Origin: Anthoceros angustus
Taxonomy: Eukaryota; Plantae; Anthocerotophyta
Length of the DNA stretch: 64,000 bases
NCBI GenBank assembly: GCA_010909165.1
Contig: VJWM01000297.1
Location: 1-64,000, forward strand
Reading direction: 5' to 3'
The notes under the pieces: generated by a model
What the model saw: the letters and a program-made list of their open reading frames with translations, nothing else
Databases searched by the model: none
Told to the model about the DNA's origin: nothing
In this document: one piece after another, positions 13,110 to 26,700 of the stretch
Layout: each line of letters opens with the position of its first letter
Numbering within the stretch: the stretch's first letter is position 1
Program-made: the position numbers and the translations under genes

Positions 13110-13500
13110 CATGTTGCAGGTGCATAGAGAGACCTTGAGTCTTGCAGAAATTAAGTGACTTTGGAGTGTTGCAAAAACGAAATCCCAGAACATGGCCTGC
13201 CTATGTTGTCCATCCATAACATGCGCCAAAATGATGGCAAACCACGTGAAAGCATCTGGATTAGCAACCATTCTAAAAATGAGAAGCATACATCCGCAAG
13301 GTGAGGTTGCCCAAAACATGTCCGCCTCATACCTTTTTTTACACAATAAGAGCATGGACACGGCGACCCAGGACCACATCCCTCACACATTTGGTTAGGA
13401 CTGTAGGAAGCAACGAGTGAGAAATAAGAAATTTCGCCTGTACCAAACCACCCAGAGCCTCCACAGCCTCTGTAAGCTGCCCCTGCTCACATATTTTTAT
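13110..13500 (-). pseudogene. PLS-class pentatricopeptide repeat (PPR) gene remnant
   Basis: GQLTEAVEAL...VLTKCVRDVVLGRRVHALIV, then YEADMFW...FRMVANPDAFTWFAIILAHVMDGQHRQA. These are typical L/S/P motif fragments, broken by stops and frameshifts. Confidence 0.7.
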
Positions 13501-14639
13501 GCTCACAGTTCCAATTGTAAAGAGCAGCGTATTGCACGGGTAGAGGGGGGCAGGCAAATTTCTTGTATCAGGGGTTCCGGAAGGGCAAGGAGCGCAGCAT
13601 TCAGGTGGCCCACCTTGCAACGGAGCCGAGAAAAAAAGGGAGTATGTTGGGGGGGTCCGGTGCCGTCTTCGCTATGGAGCGCCACTCCAGCTATAACCCG
13701 TCGCTGGCTGGGTGCGTCCCGTCGTCCGCTGCCCTCACAAACAGGGTGGCCACAGGGGGACGATAACCTGGGTAGAGCCCGGTGACGGCCCGATTGTCAG
13801 CCCGCCGTCGCCCTCCCGCTCGCCCTTGCAGGAAGAATCCCTTGCTGCGTCTACGCAGGGGCTTCCGAACGAGCTGCTACGTCTGTGCAGTGTCGTCGCA
13901 AACAGTGTACCGCGCAAGCGACCGAGTACGTGTGAGACCGCGTACATGGCGACGGGCTCGCGGTCTACGCGGACGCGACGGCCAGCTTGGGGAGGCTCGG
14001 CGTGAGGGCGACACCGGGCCTCAGGGTGAGCAACAGCGAGAGCTGAAACCTCACTTCAAAAATCGTATTTCAGCAATTAAATGTAAGTGTTGTCTAAAGA
14101 GCCGCTTGTCATGTGGCTTAAGTTTGCTAAAAACAGGCAGTTCTGCGGGTAGTTCTGCTTTAAAAATTGCTCTAAAAATGGATAGTTTTGCTCTAAAACA
14201 GTAATTTCCGTTTTTAATGGCACCCTAGATTTCCATATGCATTTTGAGCGATCGCGCAGGGTTAGCGTCGCTTTCCATGCGCCCGAAACAAAACCAAAAC
14301 TACTAAAAATAGTATATTCCGCTTTTGGTGGGAGGAAAGATTCCCAACTTCGTTTTGGCCCTCCCCTCCCCTCCTTTGCGCTTTTCGCGCCAACATTTGG
14401 TGCCGTTACGGGCAATCGGCAGTGCCCTTCACCAGCACATCCGGTCACTTTGTGGAGCGACCACGTTGTTTCTTCTTCGTAGCAGAGATTGTCGCGCGTT
14501 GAGGCTGTCACGCAGCTGCTGAGAGATCTCCATTGCCTTCTGTAGTTCCACATAGACCTCCTCTTCCCTTCGCTCCATTGCCTCTACCTCCACCAACGCG
14601 AATGTCTTGGAAAAACAACGATTGTCTTGTGCTTCAGGC

Positions 14640-15240
14640 AGCTGTGAGAATCGAAGAGGAGAAACGGGCATTTGGTGGCGTAAAGGAGAAGATGAAGTCC
14701 GCAACGGTGAGGTGGGATGCAGTAGCCACTTATTGTGTGAAGCATGGCATCAATGCTTCCCCTGATTAGTGCAGATCCAAGTGGGAGCTGTTAAGGCAAT
14801 AGTGGAAGAAGATTTCTGACTACAGTCGGCATGGAATGCGAAGTGATCACTCGGACTATTGGAGAATGACTTCATCAGACAAAAAAGATAAAAAACTGCC
14901 TGTGGACTTCAATCAGGAATTGTATGAAACCATTGCGGCCTAGATGGTGGTTGTGAACTCAGCTGTTGACCCTCCATATGATACGATTGTCGACTCCAAT
15001 TTTTTGTAGACTCCGGGTACTTCAAGTTGCTCATCGATACCTACAAAGTCAGGCTCCCGTTCTCAACCAGATGTTGCAAGTGAGCCCACAGAAGATCCAG
15101 CAGATCCCCAACAATGGACAACAGAGAGGATTAAGCGCAGAAAATTAAAGGAGAAAGCCGTTGATGCCACACTGTCCACAAAGACTCAATCATTTGTCCA
15201 AGCTCTCGGTAGTGTTGCCCTACTAGAAAAGGCAGCCTAT
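14640..15240 (+). pseudogene. Myb/SANT (trihelix-type) DNA-binding protein remnant, of the kind found as a Harbinger accessory ORF
   Basis: KMKSATVRWDAVATYCVKHGINASPD*CRSKWELLRQ*WKKISDY...YWRMT...KLPVDFNQELYETI, with a C-terminal ...TQSFVQALGSVA. Several in-frame stops. Confidence 0.65.
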
Positions 15241-15490
15241 GTTACACTTTATGTTAAGATTTGGACCCCTGGATGTAACACTTATGTTGCAATTTTGGGG
15301 TCGTGTAACACTTTTTGGGCCGCTTGTTACACTTTGGCTTGGAAACCAAACCGGAGTGTTTGTTGCAACCATGTTGCAAGGGAGTTGCAATTTTGTTGAG
15401 ATGAAGTGAGAGTCGCTTTTGTCCTCTCTCAAGATTGCAACAGTTGCAACATATAAAGTGTTACAAGAAAAGTCTTGTAACACTTTTGGA
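15240..15490. repeat. Cluster of short subterminal-type motifs (TGTAACAC/GTGTTACA and GTTGCAA) in both orientations
   Basis: Numerous tgtaacact/gttacact/tgttgcaa/ttgcaac copies are packed into about 250 bp. Confidence 0.6.
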
Positions 15491-16049
15491 GGCTTGAACC
15501 TCCTCCCCATCTACCTTCCTCCTTTACTACATTTACCATATGAAATACTTGGTTTCCCTTATTACCTCGTATGAATACATATAAATAAATACATGTACGC
15601 ATACAGGTTTCGTAGAATACTGGTATTGGTAATATCGATAATTTCATGACATACGGTTATATTTCACTTTGTATAAAACATTATCGTCACCGATAACGCA
15701 TAAATTGTACACGTCCGGGATACTATACTTTGTATTCATCATTCACACACATGCGGATACATACATCCCACATTTCACCCAGCCTATTTTTGTCTATCCG
15801 GTGTCGCGCAACCTACCTTCTCTAGCGGGCGTTACGTGCGGCTTGTCCCCATGCCCATCGGCTTCTTGCCACCCAGCCCTTCTTATCGCATTTACTAGTT
15901 TGTCCTTACGCCTATGATTTTGCTGCTTGGCCAGGGTTCTTTGGCTCCATACATGGCGCTTCATCATTTCTAATTTCCTACTCCTCATCGTATGCATGAG
16001 AAGGAAACCTCCTACAACCCCTGCTTTGCGATTTTCTTCCTCCCTTCCT

Positions 16050-19000
16050 CTTGCGTTTCGCGACCCGGCTTCCCTTTCCATCGCATCCATCTCCCTTCCA
16101 CCCTGCACGCACCCACAGCACATACATCGCAGCATGCCCTTGATTACATGTCCAGCATATAGTGTGCTGGCGACCTTCAATTGCTTACCTTCCCACGCAT
16201 CCGGTTTTCTTATGTACCTCTTGCCACATCCTCCTTCCATCCTCGCTCTTTCGCTGTGGCGCCGCTCGTGCCCGGCCCTCGATGCCTCCACCACCTCCCC
16301 GCTTTCCTCTTTCGGCCTCCACCTTTGTCAGTGGCGTAGCCTCCAATGGGGCCCAGTGGAGGTCCATGCTTTCGGCGTCGGAGTGTGCCAGGTATGTGTC
16401 TGCAGTTAGGCACGCCCTCAATGTCGTCCATTGCCTCATCCTCTGCGCCCTTTGTTGTCGCCATCGCGCCATCATGTACCCCTTTTGCGATTTTCTTCCT
16501 CCCTTCCTCTTGCGTTCGTCCGCGACCGCTTTCCCTTTCCATCGCATCCACCTCCCTTCCCCTCTGCACGCACCCACACACATCGCAGCATGCCCTTGAT
16601 ACATGTCCAGCATATAGTGTGCTAGACCTTCAATTGCTTACCTTCCCACGCATCCGGTTTTCTTATGTACCTCTTGCCCATCGCTCCTTCCATCCTCGCT
16701 CTTTCTGGCGCCGCTGCCACGCCACCCGGCCCGCTCGATGCCTCCACCTCCCCGCTTTCCTCTTCGGCCTCCACCCTTTGTCACGTGGCGTAGCCTCCAA
16801 TGGGGCCCCGCTGTGGAGGTCCATGCTTTCAGCGTCGGAGTGTGCCAGGTATGTGTCTGGCACGAAGTTAGGCACGCCCTCAATTTCGTCCGCTGCCTCA
16901 TCCTCTGCGCCACTGTTGTTTTCGGCATCGTCATCGCATGTACCCCCTTTGCCTCTTTCTCCCTCCCCCTCGACAATTCCCTCATGGCTGCCACGCGCCT
17001 TTTGGCCCCCACCACGACCATGGCTTCTGCTTGCGGACCCGGTCCTCTCCTCGATCCGCCACCCGATCCTCCCACTCCCACCCCGTTTTGTTCGCAGCCC
17101 ACGCTGGACCCATGCATGTTCCTTCTTTGGTGACGACACAGGCCTCCCTGCTGAATCTCATCCGCCCTCCAATTCCATCCCTCATGTTCACGGCCCTCGT
17201 CACTCCCTCGACCCCATCTCCGTCCACAATGTGCGATTACGCCGTCACTGGCGATGGGCACCCCCAACACACGCCCTTTACCATGCTGCCCTCTTGACAC
17301 ACCCTCCTTCGTGAGCATGCCCTGGTGATACCAAGTCCTCCTCCCCACGCCATGGCGGCAGCAGGCACCCCCAATTCGTGTCCGTTACGGCCCCTCTCCC
17401 TACACATCTTCTCACACTCTTCATTCACACTATCACCGGCATGCATGGTCCATCACCATCGGGTGATCGTGGTGTCGTCGGCACCACGATGTCATTGCTC
17501 ATAGCCTCTCCCTACACATCTTCTCACTCTTCATTCACACTATCACCAGGCATGCATGGTCCATCACCTTCGGGTGATCGTGGTGTCGTCGGCACCACGA
17601 TGTCATTGCTCGTGATAGCCTCTGCACTGTTTCCCCTGCACCATCCCACCTTCATGGTTCACCAAGCCCCTCCCTCCATTCCTTTGATGTCTCTCCGATC
17701 TCCCCAAAGCAATCTACTCCGTCCTCCTAGTTATCCCCACATCCACCACCACCTCCCTTCCACCCTCCTCCCTTCCATCCTTCGTCTAAATGCCACGGAT
17801 CTGGATCCATCTCCAATTCCATGTCATTCAACAAAATAGTCATTTCCCTTGTTCTCCACGGCTAGCTTTGAACCTCGGGGTGTTTTCATGTATTCCATGT
17901 CTTACTTGTAGGAACTCCGACGGACCGCCCTTATCGCGAACCGCCCAGGTTGCATGGAGATCGTCCTCTTGACCTCCCAAATTCAGCCTCCTCTTGTTGG
18001 GTACCTACCATGCTTCTTCTCAAAGAACCACCCATCCACGCCCTCCCTTTCCCCAAGGGTTTGGCCCCCCTCCGTTTTGGCCAGCCTCTTTTCTGCAAGT
18101 TCATACTTGATGGCTCAAACTTCCGTTCTCTTCAGCATCCGCCAGGCAACATCTTCCCACTCCTCGTCCACCATGCTCGGCTTCTTCCCGCTCCTCCCTC
18201 CTCCCTTTCCTCTAATGCCGCCTTTGCGGCCTCCACGAGTTGCGCGTGCGAGTCATCTGCGAGAAGTGTCGGCTTATGCTCGACTTTACCACCAGGTCGG
18301 GGAAGGCGTCAGACACCGATTTCACTAACCGTGCCTTTTCCCCTCTCGGAACGTCGCGCCATCTTGCCATGTACCCCAGTTCATTCACAACCTTTGTCCG
18401 CACTAGTTTCAACAGTTCTTCGTGCCTAGCTTCGGTTAGACCCCCGAACAACATCGGATTCCATTCCCTCCCTCCTTTGTTTTTGCAAGGCCTCTTCAGC
18501 CATTTCACGCCATGCCTTTTATCAAGGCATCACCGGCATCGTTGTCCACCTCACACCACTCCATCGCATCCGGTGCGCTCCCCTCGCTTGTCAATTCACA
18601 CCTCCTCCCCTTGTCATCACCTCCCCCGCCTGCGTCGCCATTCCTCATCCGATTCTTGTCGTGCGCGGCGCCCACCACGACCATGGCTTGCGGACCCGGT
18701 CCTCCTCGATCCTCCACCCGATCCTCCCACTCCCACCCCATTTGTTCAGCCTGGCGACCCCATGTTCCCTTTGGTGACGACACAATTGCCTCCATTGCTG
18801 ATGCATCCGCCCTCCAATTCCATCCCTCATGTCTTTCACGGCCCTCGTCACTCCCTCGACCCCATCTCCGTCCACAATGTGCGATTACGCCGTCACTGGC
18901 GATGTGGGCACCACGCCCTTTACCGGCTGCCCTCTTGACACCCTCCTTTCGTTAACCGGCCTAGCCACTCGGTGATTACCAAGTCCTCCCTTCCCACGGC

Positions 19001-22000
19001 CATGGCAAACTTGTGATGTGGGCACCCCCAATTCCGAGTCGTTCGTGGCGCGCCTCTCCCTACACATCTTCTCTTCATTCACACTATCACCGGGCATGGT
19101 CCATCACCTTCGGGTGATCGTGGTGTCGTCGGCACGATGTCATTGCTCGTGATAGCCTCCCCGCCGCACTGTTTCCCCATCACCATCCCACCTTCATGGT
19201 TCACCAAGCCCGCCCTCCCTTCCATTCCTTTGATGTCTCTTTGATCTCCCCAAAGCATCTACTCTCTCCTCCTAGTTATCCCCATCCACACCACCACCTC
19301 GTCCACCAGTGCTCCCCTCTTCCATCCTTCGTCTCGGAATGCCACGGATCTGGATCCATCTCCAATTCCATGTCATTCAACAAAATAGTCATTTCCCTTG
19401 TTCTCCGGCAATAGCCTTTGAACCTCGGGGTGTTTTCATGTATTCCATGTCTTACCCAGAACTCCGACGAGACCCGCCTTCGCTGAACCGCCCACAGAGG
19501 TTGCATGGAGATCGTCCTCTTGACCTCCATATTTGCCTCCTCTTGATTTGGGTACCTACCATGCTTCTTCTCAAACCGAACCACCCATCCACGCCCTCCC
19601 TTTCCCCAAGGGTTTGGCCCCATCACCGTTTTGGCCAGCCTCTCTTTTTGCAAGTTCATACTTGATGGCTCAAACTTCCGTTTCAGCTCCATCCGCCCGA
19701 GCATCACTCTTCCTCGTCCACCATGCTCGGCTTCTTCCTCCTCCCCTCCCTCCCTTTCCTCTAATGCGCGCCTTTGCGGCCTCCACATCGAGTTGCGTGC
19801 GAGTCATCTGCGAGAAGTGTCGGCTTATGGACTTTACCACCGGTCGGGAAGGCCGATTTCACTAACGTGCCTTCTCCCTCTCGGGCGTCGCGCCATCTTG
19901 CCATGTACCCCAGTTCATTCACAACCTTTGTCCTCACTAGTTTCAGTCTTGTGCCTCCCGGACCCCGAACAACATCGGATTCCTTCCCTTCCCTCCTTTG
20001 CTTTTGCAAGGCCTCTTCACCATTTCACGCCATGCCTTTTATCAATTTATCACGGCATCGTTGTCCACCTCACAAACCACTCCATCGCATCCGGTTGCAC
20101 ACCCTCCCCTTGTCATCACCTCCCCACCGCGAATTGTCGCCATTCCTCATCCGATTCTTGTCGTGCGCGGCGGGACCACCGCACGGGTTGCCGCCCTCCC
20201 TCCTTTGCTTTTGCATTGCCTCCACATCCACCTCCCTTCCACCCTCTGCACGCACGCGCATAGCATGCCCTTGATTACATGTCCAGCATATAGTTACTGC
20301 GACCTTCAATTGCTTACCTTCCCACGCATCCGGTTTTCTTATGTACCTCTTGCCACATCGCTCCTTCCATCCTCGCTCTTTCCTGTGGCTGCCCCCCCGT
20401 CACACGGCCCCGCTCGATGCCTCCACACCTCCCCGCTTTCCTCTTTCGGCCTCCACCTTTGTCACGGTGGCGTAGCCTCCAATGGGGCCCATGTGGAGGT
20501 CCATGCTTTCATCGGAGTGTGCGGTATGTGTCGCGCAAGTTAGGCACGCCCTCAATGTCGCCCCTCATCCTCTGCGCCTTTGTTTTGCATCGCCATCATG
20601 TACCCCTTTGCCGTGCCTCTTTCTCCCTCCCCTCGACAATTCCCTCATGGGCTGCCACGCCTTTTGGCCCCCACCACGACCATGGCTTGCGGACCCGCCT
20701 CTCCTCGATCCTCCGATCCTCCCACTCCCACCCCATTTGTTCGCAACGGACCATGCATGTTCCTTCTTTGGTGACACAATTGCCTCCCCTGAAATCTCAT
20801 CCGCCCTCAATTCCATCCCTCATGTCGGTCACTCCCTCGACCCCATCTCCGTCCACAATGTGCGATTACGCCGTCACTGGCGATGGGCACCCTCCCAACA
20901 CACGCCCTTTACCATGCTGCCCTCTTGACACACCCTCCTTTGACCGGCATGGCCACTCGGTGATTCAAGTCCTCCCTTCCACGGCCATGGCAAGCGGTGT
21001 GGGCACCCCCAATTCGAGTCCGTTCGGCGCGCCTCTCCCTACACATCTTCTCACTCTTCATTCACACTATCACCGGGCATGCATGGTCCATCACCTTCGG
21101 GTGATCGTGGTGTCGTCGGCACCACGATGTCATTGCTCGTGATAGCCTCTGCACTGTTTCCCCATCACCATCCCACCTTCATGGTTCACCAAGCCCCTCC
21201 CTCCATTCCTTTTTGATGTCTCTCTCTCCCCAATGCATTCTACTCCTCTCCTAGTTATCCCCACATCCACACCACCACCTCGTCCATGCTCCCATCTTCC
21301 ATCCTTCGTCTCGGAATGCCACGGATCTGGATCCATCTCCAATTCCATGTCGTTCAACAAAATAGTCATCTCCCTTGTTCTCCAGCCGAACGAACTCGGG
21401 GTGTTTTCATGTATTCCATGTCTTACCAGTGAACTCGGGCAGACCGCCCTTATCGCGAGCACGAGGTTGCATGGAGATCGTCCTCTTGATATTCAGCCTC
21501 CTCTTGTTGGGTACCTACCATGCTTCTTCTCAAAGAACCACCCATCCACGCCCTCCCTTTCCCCAAGGGTTTGGCCCCATCTCCGTTTTGGCCGCCTCTT
21601 TGCAAGTTCATACTTGATGGCTCAAACTTCCCTTCGTTGCATCCGAGCGCAAGGCATCTTCCCACTCTTCCTCGTCCACCATGCTCGGCTTCGCTCCTCC
21701 CTCCTGCTCCCTCCTCTAATGCGCTTTTGCGGCCTCCACACACGAGTTGCGTGCGAGTCATCTGCGAAGTGTCGGCTTATGCTGGACTTTACCACCGGTC
21801 GGGAAGGCTTCGACACGATTTCACTAACGTCCTTCTCCCTCTCGGGCGTCGCGCCATCTTGCCATGTTCCCCGGTTCATTCACAACCTTTGTCGCACAGT
21901 TTCCAGTTCTTAGTGCCTGCTTGGTCGACCCCGAACAACATCGGATTCCTTCCCTTCCTGTCCTTTGCTTTTGCATTGCCTCCTTCAGCCATTTCACGCC

Positions 22001-22130
22001 ATTCCTTTTATCAAGGCACCGCATCGTTGTCCACCTCACACCACTCCATCGCATCCGGTTCACCTCCCCTTGTCAATTCACCTCCCCACCGCCGTCGCCA
22101 TTCCTCATCCGATTCTTGTGCGTGCGCGTT
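16050..22130 (-). pseudogene. Three imperfect ~1.5-2 kb tandem copies carrying a TnpA-like (Transposase_24, Ptta/En/Spm) coding region
   Basis: The anchor gatctggatccatctccaattcc occurs at ~17798, 19347 and 21323. Translation gives LLKLVRTKVVNELGYMARWRDVPRGEKARLVKSVSDAFP and SSMNLQKERLAKTVMGPNPWGKGGRGWVVRFEKKHGRYPNQEE. Confidence 0.6.
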
Positions 22131-22239
22131 TGTCCGCACAGGACCCCGGCCCCCACGCCTCGGTGCGTCTGCGATCGCCACCACCTCCCGTGTTGCCATG
22201 GGCTGCCTCCATATGTCCTCCATGAGCAGTGCCCGGCAT

Positions 22240-23700
22240 GCCAAGGTGCACGCAAGCGTCCAGCGAAACAAATTGCATCAACGTGTCTACTGCGATGAAC
22301 ACGTTCTTGTCAATCTAGTCTCGAACCACCACCTCATTTGACAAAACATCATCATCCCCGTTGAACGGCAATGCTCCAAGTCCGCCTCGGGGGATGTTCC
22401 ACGTCTCCATGTCCTCAAATCGCCATTGGTACCGCTGCCATGTTCCACTCTCCCCACAACTCTCGATGTCCCTTTGTGGGGCGGTGGCCTTCTCTTGGCG
22501 CGCAGCTGGATCGGAGTGGCTAGGTGCTGGGTGGATGGCGAGGATCGAGCTTGCCCTCTCATCCTCCCCACCACCTACGGTTTGGCGTCGGCGGCCGCGA
22601 CGCCCCGCGGCTGGTGCTCTCGCGTATCGATGTCTCCAAACTCGGCGGCCGCCTTCATCCATTGCCCGTTCGGCCGATCCCATGCAAGGCATTGGCTTGC
22701 CCCTTCTGCGGTTGCCAAGCCAAGGTGCATAGCGTCCGCGAAACAAATTGCATCAAGCGTGTGATGCGATGAACACGTTCTTGTCAATCTAGTCTCGAAC
22801 CACCACCTCATTTGACAAAACATCATCATCCCCGTTGAACGCGACGCATGCTCCAAGTCCGCCTCGGGGGATGTTCCACGTCTCCATGTCCTCAAATCGC
22901 CATTGGTTCTGCCATGTTCCTCTCCCCACAACTCTCGATGTCCCTTTGTGGGACGGTGGCCTTCTCTTGGCGCGCAGCTGGATCGGAGTGGCTAGGTGCT
23001 GGGTGGATGGCGAGGATCGAGCTTGCCCTCTCATCCTCCCCACCCACCTACGGTTTGGCGTCGGCGGCCGCGACGCCCCGCGGCTGGTGCTCTCGCGTAT
23101 CGATGTCTCCAAACTCGGCGGCCGCCTTCATCCATTGCCCGTTCGGCCGATCCCATGCAAGGCATTGGCTTGCCCCTTCTGCGGTTGCCAAGCCAAGGTG
23201 CACCATAGCGTCCGCAAACAAATTGCATCAACGTGTGTACAAATGCGATGAACACGTTCTTGTCAATCTAGTCTCGAACACCCACCTCATCAGCAAAACA
23301 TCGCCATCCCTTGCGTTGGACGCAATGCTCCAAGTCCGCCTCGGGGCCGGATATTCCACGTCTCCATGTCCTCAAATCGCCATTGGCTGCCATGTTCCCT
23401 CTCCCCACAACTCTCGATGTCCCTTTGTGGGACGGTGGCTTCTTGCGCGGCTCGGATCGGAGTGGGTGGTGGGGTGGATGGCCAGATAGCGATCCGAGCT
23501 TGCCCTCTCATCCTCCCCACCTACGGTTTGGCGTCGGCGGCGCCGTGGCGCCCGGCGGCGATGGTGCTCTAGCGTATCGCAAACTCGTTAGCGGCCTTCC
23601 TCCATTGCCCGTTGCCGGGCACCGCCATCGCCATCGAAGGCATTGGCTTGCCCTTCACTGCGGTTGCCAAGCCAAGGTCGCCCGCAAAATTCAAAGCTCT
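22240..23700. repeat. Three ~475-bp tandem copies inside the CACTA element
   Basis: The anchor gatgaacacgttcttgtcaatctagtctcgaac occurs at ~22294, 22768 and 23247. Confidence 0.9.
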
Positions 23701-23799
23701 TCATATGGAAAGCCTTTGTTTTGCAAAGTAGGCCGTCATCATTTATTGTTTTACGAGATCAACGTCCTCACTATGCTTCACCTTCCATGACTAGTGTTT

Positions 23800-26700
23800 T
23801 ATATTACGACAAAACAGTATATTGCCCATTAGTGCGCAGTCGAAGCGCGCATCAATGCTTGATGCCATAATCGTCTTCATCGAATATTGCCACTAAAGAC
23901 AACGTTGTTTTGCGGTGTGGCGTTGGTTACTTTGCTCACTTCTCCGGAAAGGTTGCCCCTCCCTCGGCGTCCTAGGCCACGCCACGCTGCCTCCTCCCCG
24001 CTCCTCATCCCTCCATCCCCGGCGGTGTGGGCAGCGATGGCCCGGCCTATGTTACCATCCGCCATCTCCGGATGCGGCATGCGATTCACTGCGATGGCCA
24101 CAAGCGGACCATCGATTGAGCGCACTGTACGCAAACTTTCCCGTGTTTACAATATCAAATCCGTGTACGACTTTCGTAGATGGCCTTGTCCCTCTGGGCG
24201 ACACTCGTACCATCTAACCTTCAACAAAATTGGCTTGATACTCTGCGAGAACGCAGCGGAGTATTTGTTCTATGTGCCGTAGAGCAGGCGCTCCTCTTCA
24301 ATGTCGCCGCCCTGTCGATCATGATAAACTTTGCGCACCGCCGCTTTGTACTCGGCGGCGTTTGTCCGCCTCCACGAGGTGGCGCCTTTGTTCCACATGT
24401 GACTATGTGCCGCTTGCACGCAATCCATGATTGCGGTCACTTGTCATGCAGGATGCCCATCCCATGCGTTCATAGCCCTTCTTCCATCCATCGTCTCCGG
24501 ATGCGGCATGCGATTCACTGCGATGGCCACACAAACGGACCATCGATTGAGCGCACTCAGACGCAAACTTTCCCGTGTTTACAATATCAAATCCGTGTAC
24601 GACTTTCGTAGATGGCCTTGTCCCTCTGGGCGACACTCGTACCATCTAACCTTCAACAAAATTGGCTTGATACTCTGCGAGAACCGCAGCGGAGTATTTG
24701 TTCTATGTGCCGTAGAGCAGGCGCTCCTCTTCACCGCCGCCACCGTCCCCATGATAAACTTTGACACCGCACTATCCTTTGTACTCCGCGTTTGTCCGCC
24801 TCCACCGCTCGAGGTGGCGCCTTTGTTCCACATGTGACTATGTGCCACTGCTTGCAACGCAGCCATCCATGATTGCGGTCACTTCATGGGTCATGCAAGG
24901 ATGCCCATCCCATGCGTTCATAGCCCTTCTTCCGTGGATCCGCTCCGAAAGTCCGCCGACCTTCCCTTGCACCGTATGTCCTAACTTCTTCCTCGTACAT
25001 GTCCAAACGGCGCATCACCTCCGTGTGATATAGCACATATGTATGCGCTGCGCCTCCACGGCATCCATAATGTACGCACGGCCGACACCGCACTATCCTT
25101 TGTACTCCGGCGGCGTTTGTCCGCCTCCACTCGAGGTGGCGCCTTTGTTCCACATGTGACTATGTGCCGCGCTGCGCAGCAGCCATCCATGATTGCGGTC
25201 ACTTCATGGGTCATGCAGGATGCCCATCCCATGCGTTCATAGCCCTTCTTCCGTGGATCCTGCGAAAGTCCGCCGACCTTCCTTGCACCGTATGTCCTAA
25301 CTTCTTCCTCGTACATGTCCAGCGGGCGCATCACCTCCGTGATACACATATGTATGCGCTGGCGCCTCCACGGCATCCATAATGTATGCGGCCGACCGCA
25401 CCTTCTCCCCATCGTTCATCTGCGGTCCATGCTTCTCCCACGTGGCGTAATAGCGGCGAGAAATGTCATGCGAAATGCAAACTCTCCTCACGCATGTACC
25501 CCACCGCTATCTGGACTCGGGTCTCGCTGTCGCCTTGTCCTGGATCCTAAATATCTCTCCACGGGTACATCCACCTAGTGTGAGCGGGCCCAAAGCGGCC
25601 ACCTCGTCCACTAAGTGTAGTATGAGGTGGGTTGATATATCAAACATCTTAGGGAAATTGCTTCTGAGCACATTACCCTCACTTGCCTCTTGTGCTTGGA
25701 TGTCCCGACTCGGTATCGTCATTGGCAAATCCACCGTAAAGGCGTCCTAGCTTTACAACCGCCTTGTACTCGGCTCTATGCACCCCGGAGGCGATGGGGA
25801 ATATGATTTCCAACATAATGTGCGATCATGGCCAACTTTCCGCTTTCCACCTTAGCTGCTATGTTGGACCCATAGCCTGTGGGCAGCTTGATGCGTTTAA
25901 TGCCCTCAATCACGGTCTTCAAGTCTGATTTGGACAAAACGTACGGCGCCTGCGGGTATTGGCCATCGTCACCTACAGGCCACAACCATCTTTTCCCTCC
26001 GCTTGCTTCCATGTCCATGCGCGATGCGATGTCATCTCGCTCTCCCGTCAGCGTGTGCCATATGGCCTCTGCATTGTTTTTTTCCACGTGCATCACATCC
26101 TTTGGCGCCCACACAAGCATGTGACGCCAATATGGCGAGACTACGAACAAGGGCGACATTCAGTTCCAAAGTTGCCGGCCCGACGGACGTCTGCAGGTGT
26201 CGCGGCTTCTCTGCGTGCCATATCCGTCACAATATCATCGAGCGTTGGCGGCCTCGGTTTGGATCGGAGGTCCGCCATCCATCAAACCAATCGCATCCTC
26301 CCACCGTCCCTTGTCATTGGTAGCCACCGAGCGATCCGACATAAGCGGGCTTTTCAAATCTCGGAATAGCGAGAATCAAGGTCCGACCGCAATCGACACA
26401 CGCTCGCGTCCCTCTCACTTGCAATCCAGTGAGGGTCCCCAACCCGGTAATCGGCAATGATGCGAGCCGTGCGTAACACGAAATGCCTCTTAGGATGGTT
26501 TATCGGCATTGAGAAATCTTCCATGTCCACCCCTCCATAACTCTTGAGTTCATCTACCGAGTGCCATGTACATCGAAATTTTTAACCATCCCGGTCTGGC
26601 ACAATCGAGGCATGATGACATGCGTCCTTTGTCTGGCCGGTGGCATGTTGTGCACAAATACCAAAACCGCCATATGGACGTGTTTGCGACACTAAAAGCA

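Noticed and set aside
14021-14227. MITE bounded by agggtg...caccct
   Set aside because: Only a 6-bp inverted match and no TSD.
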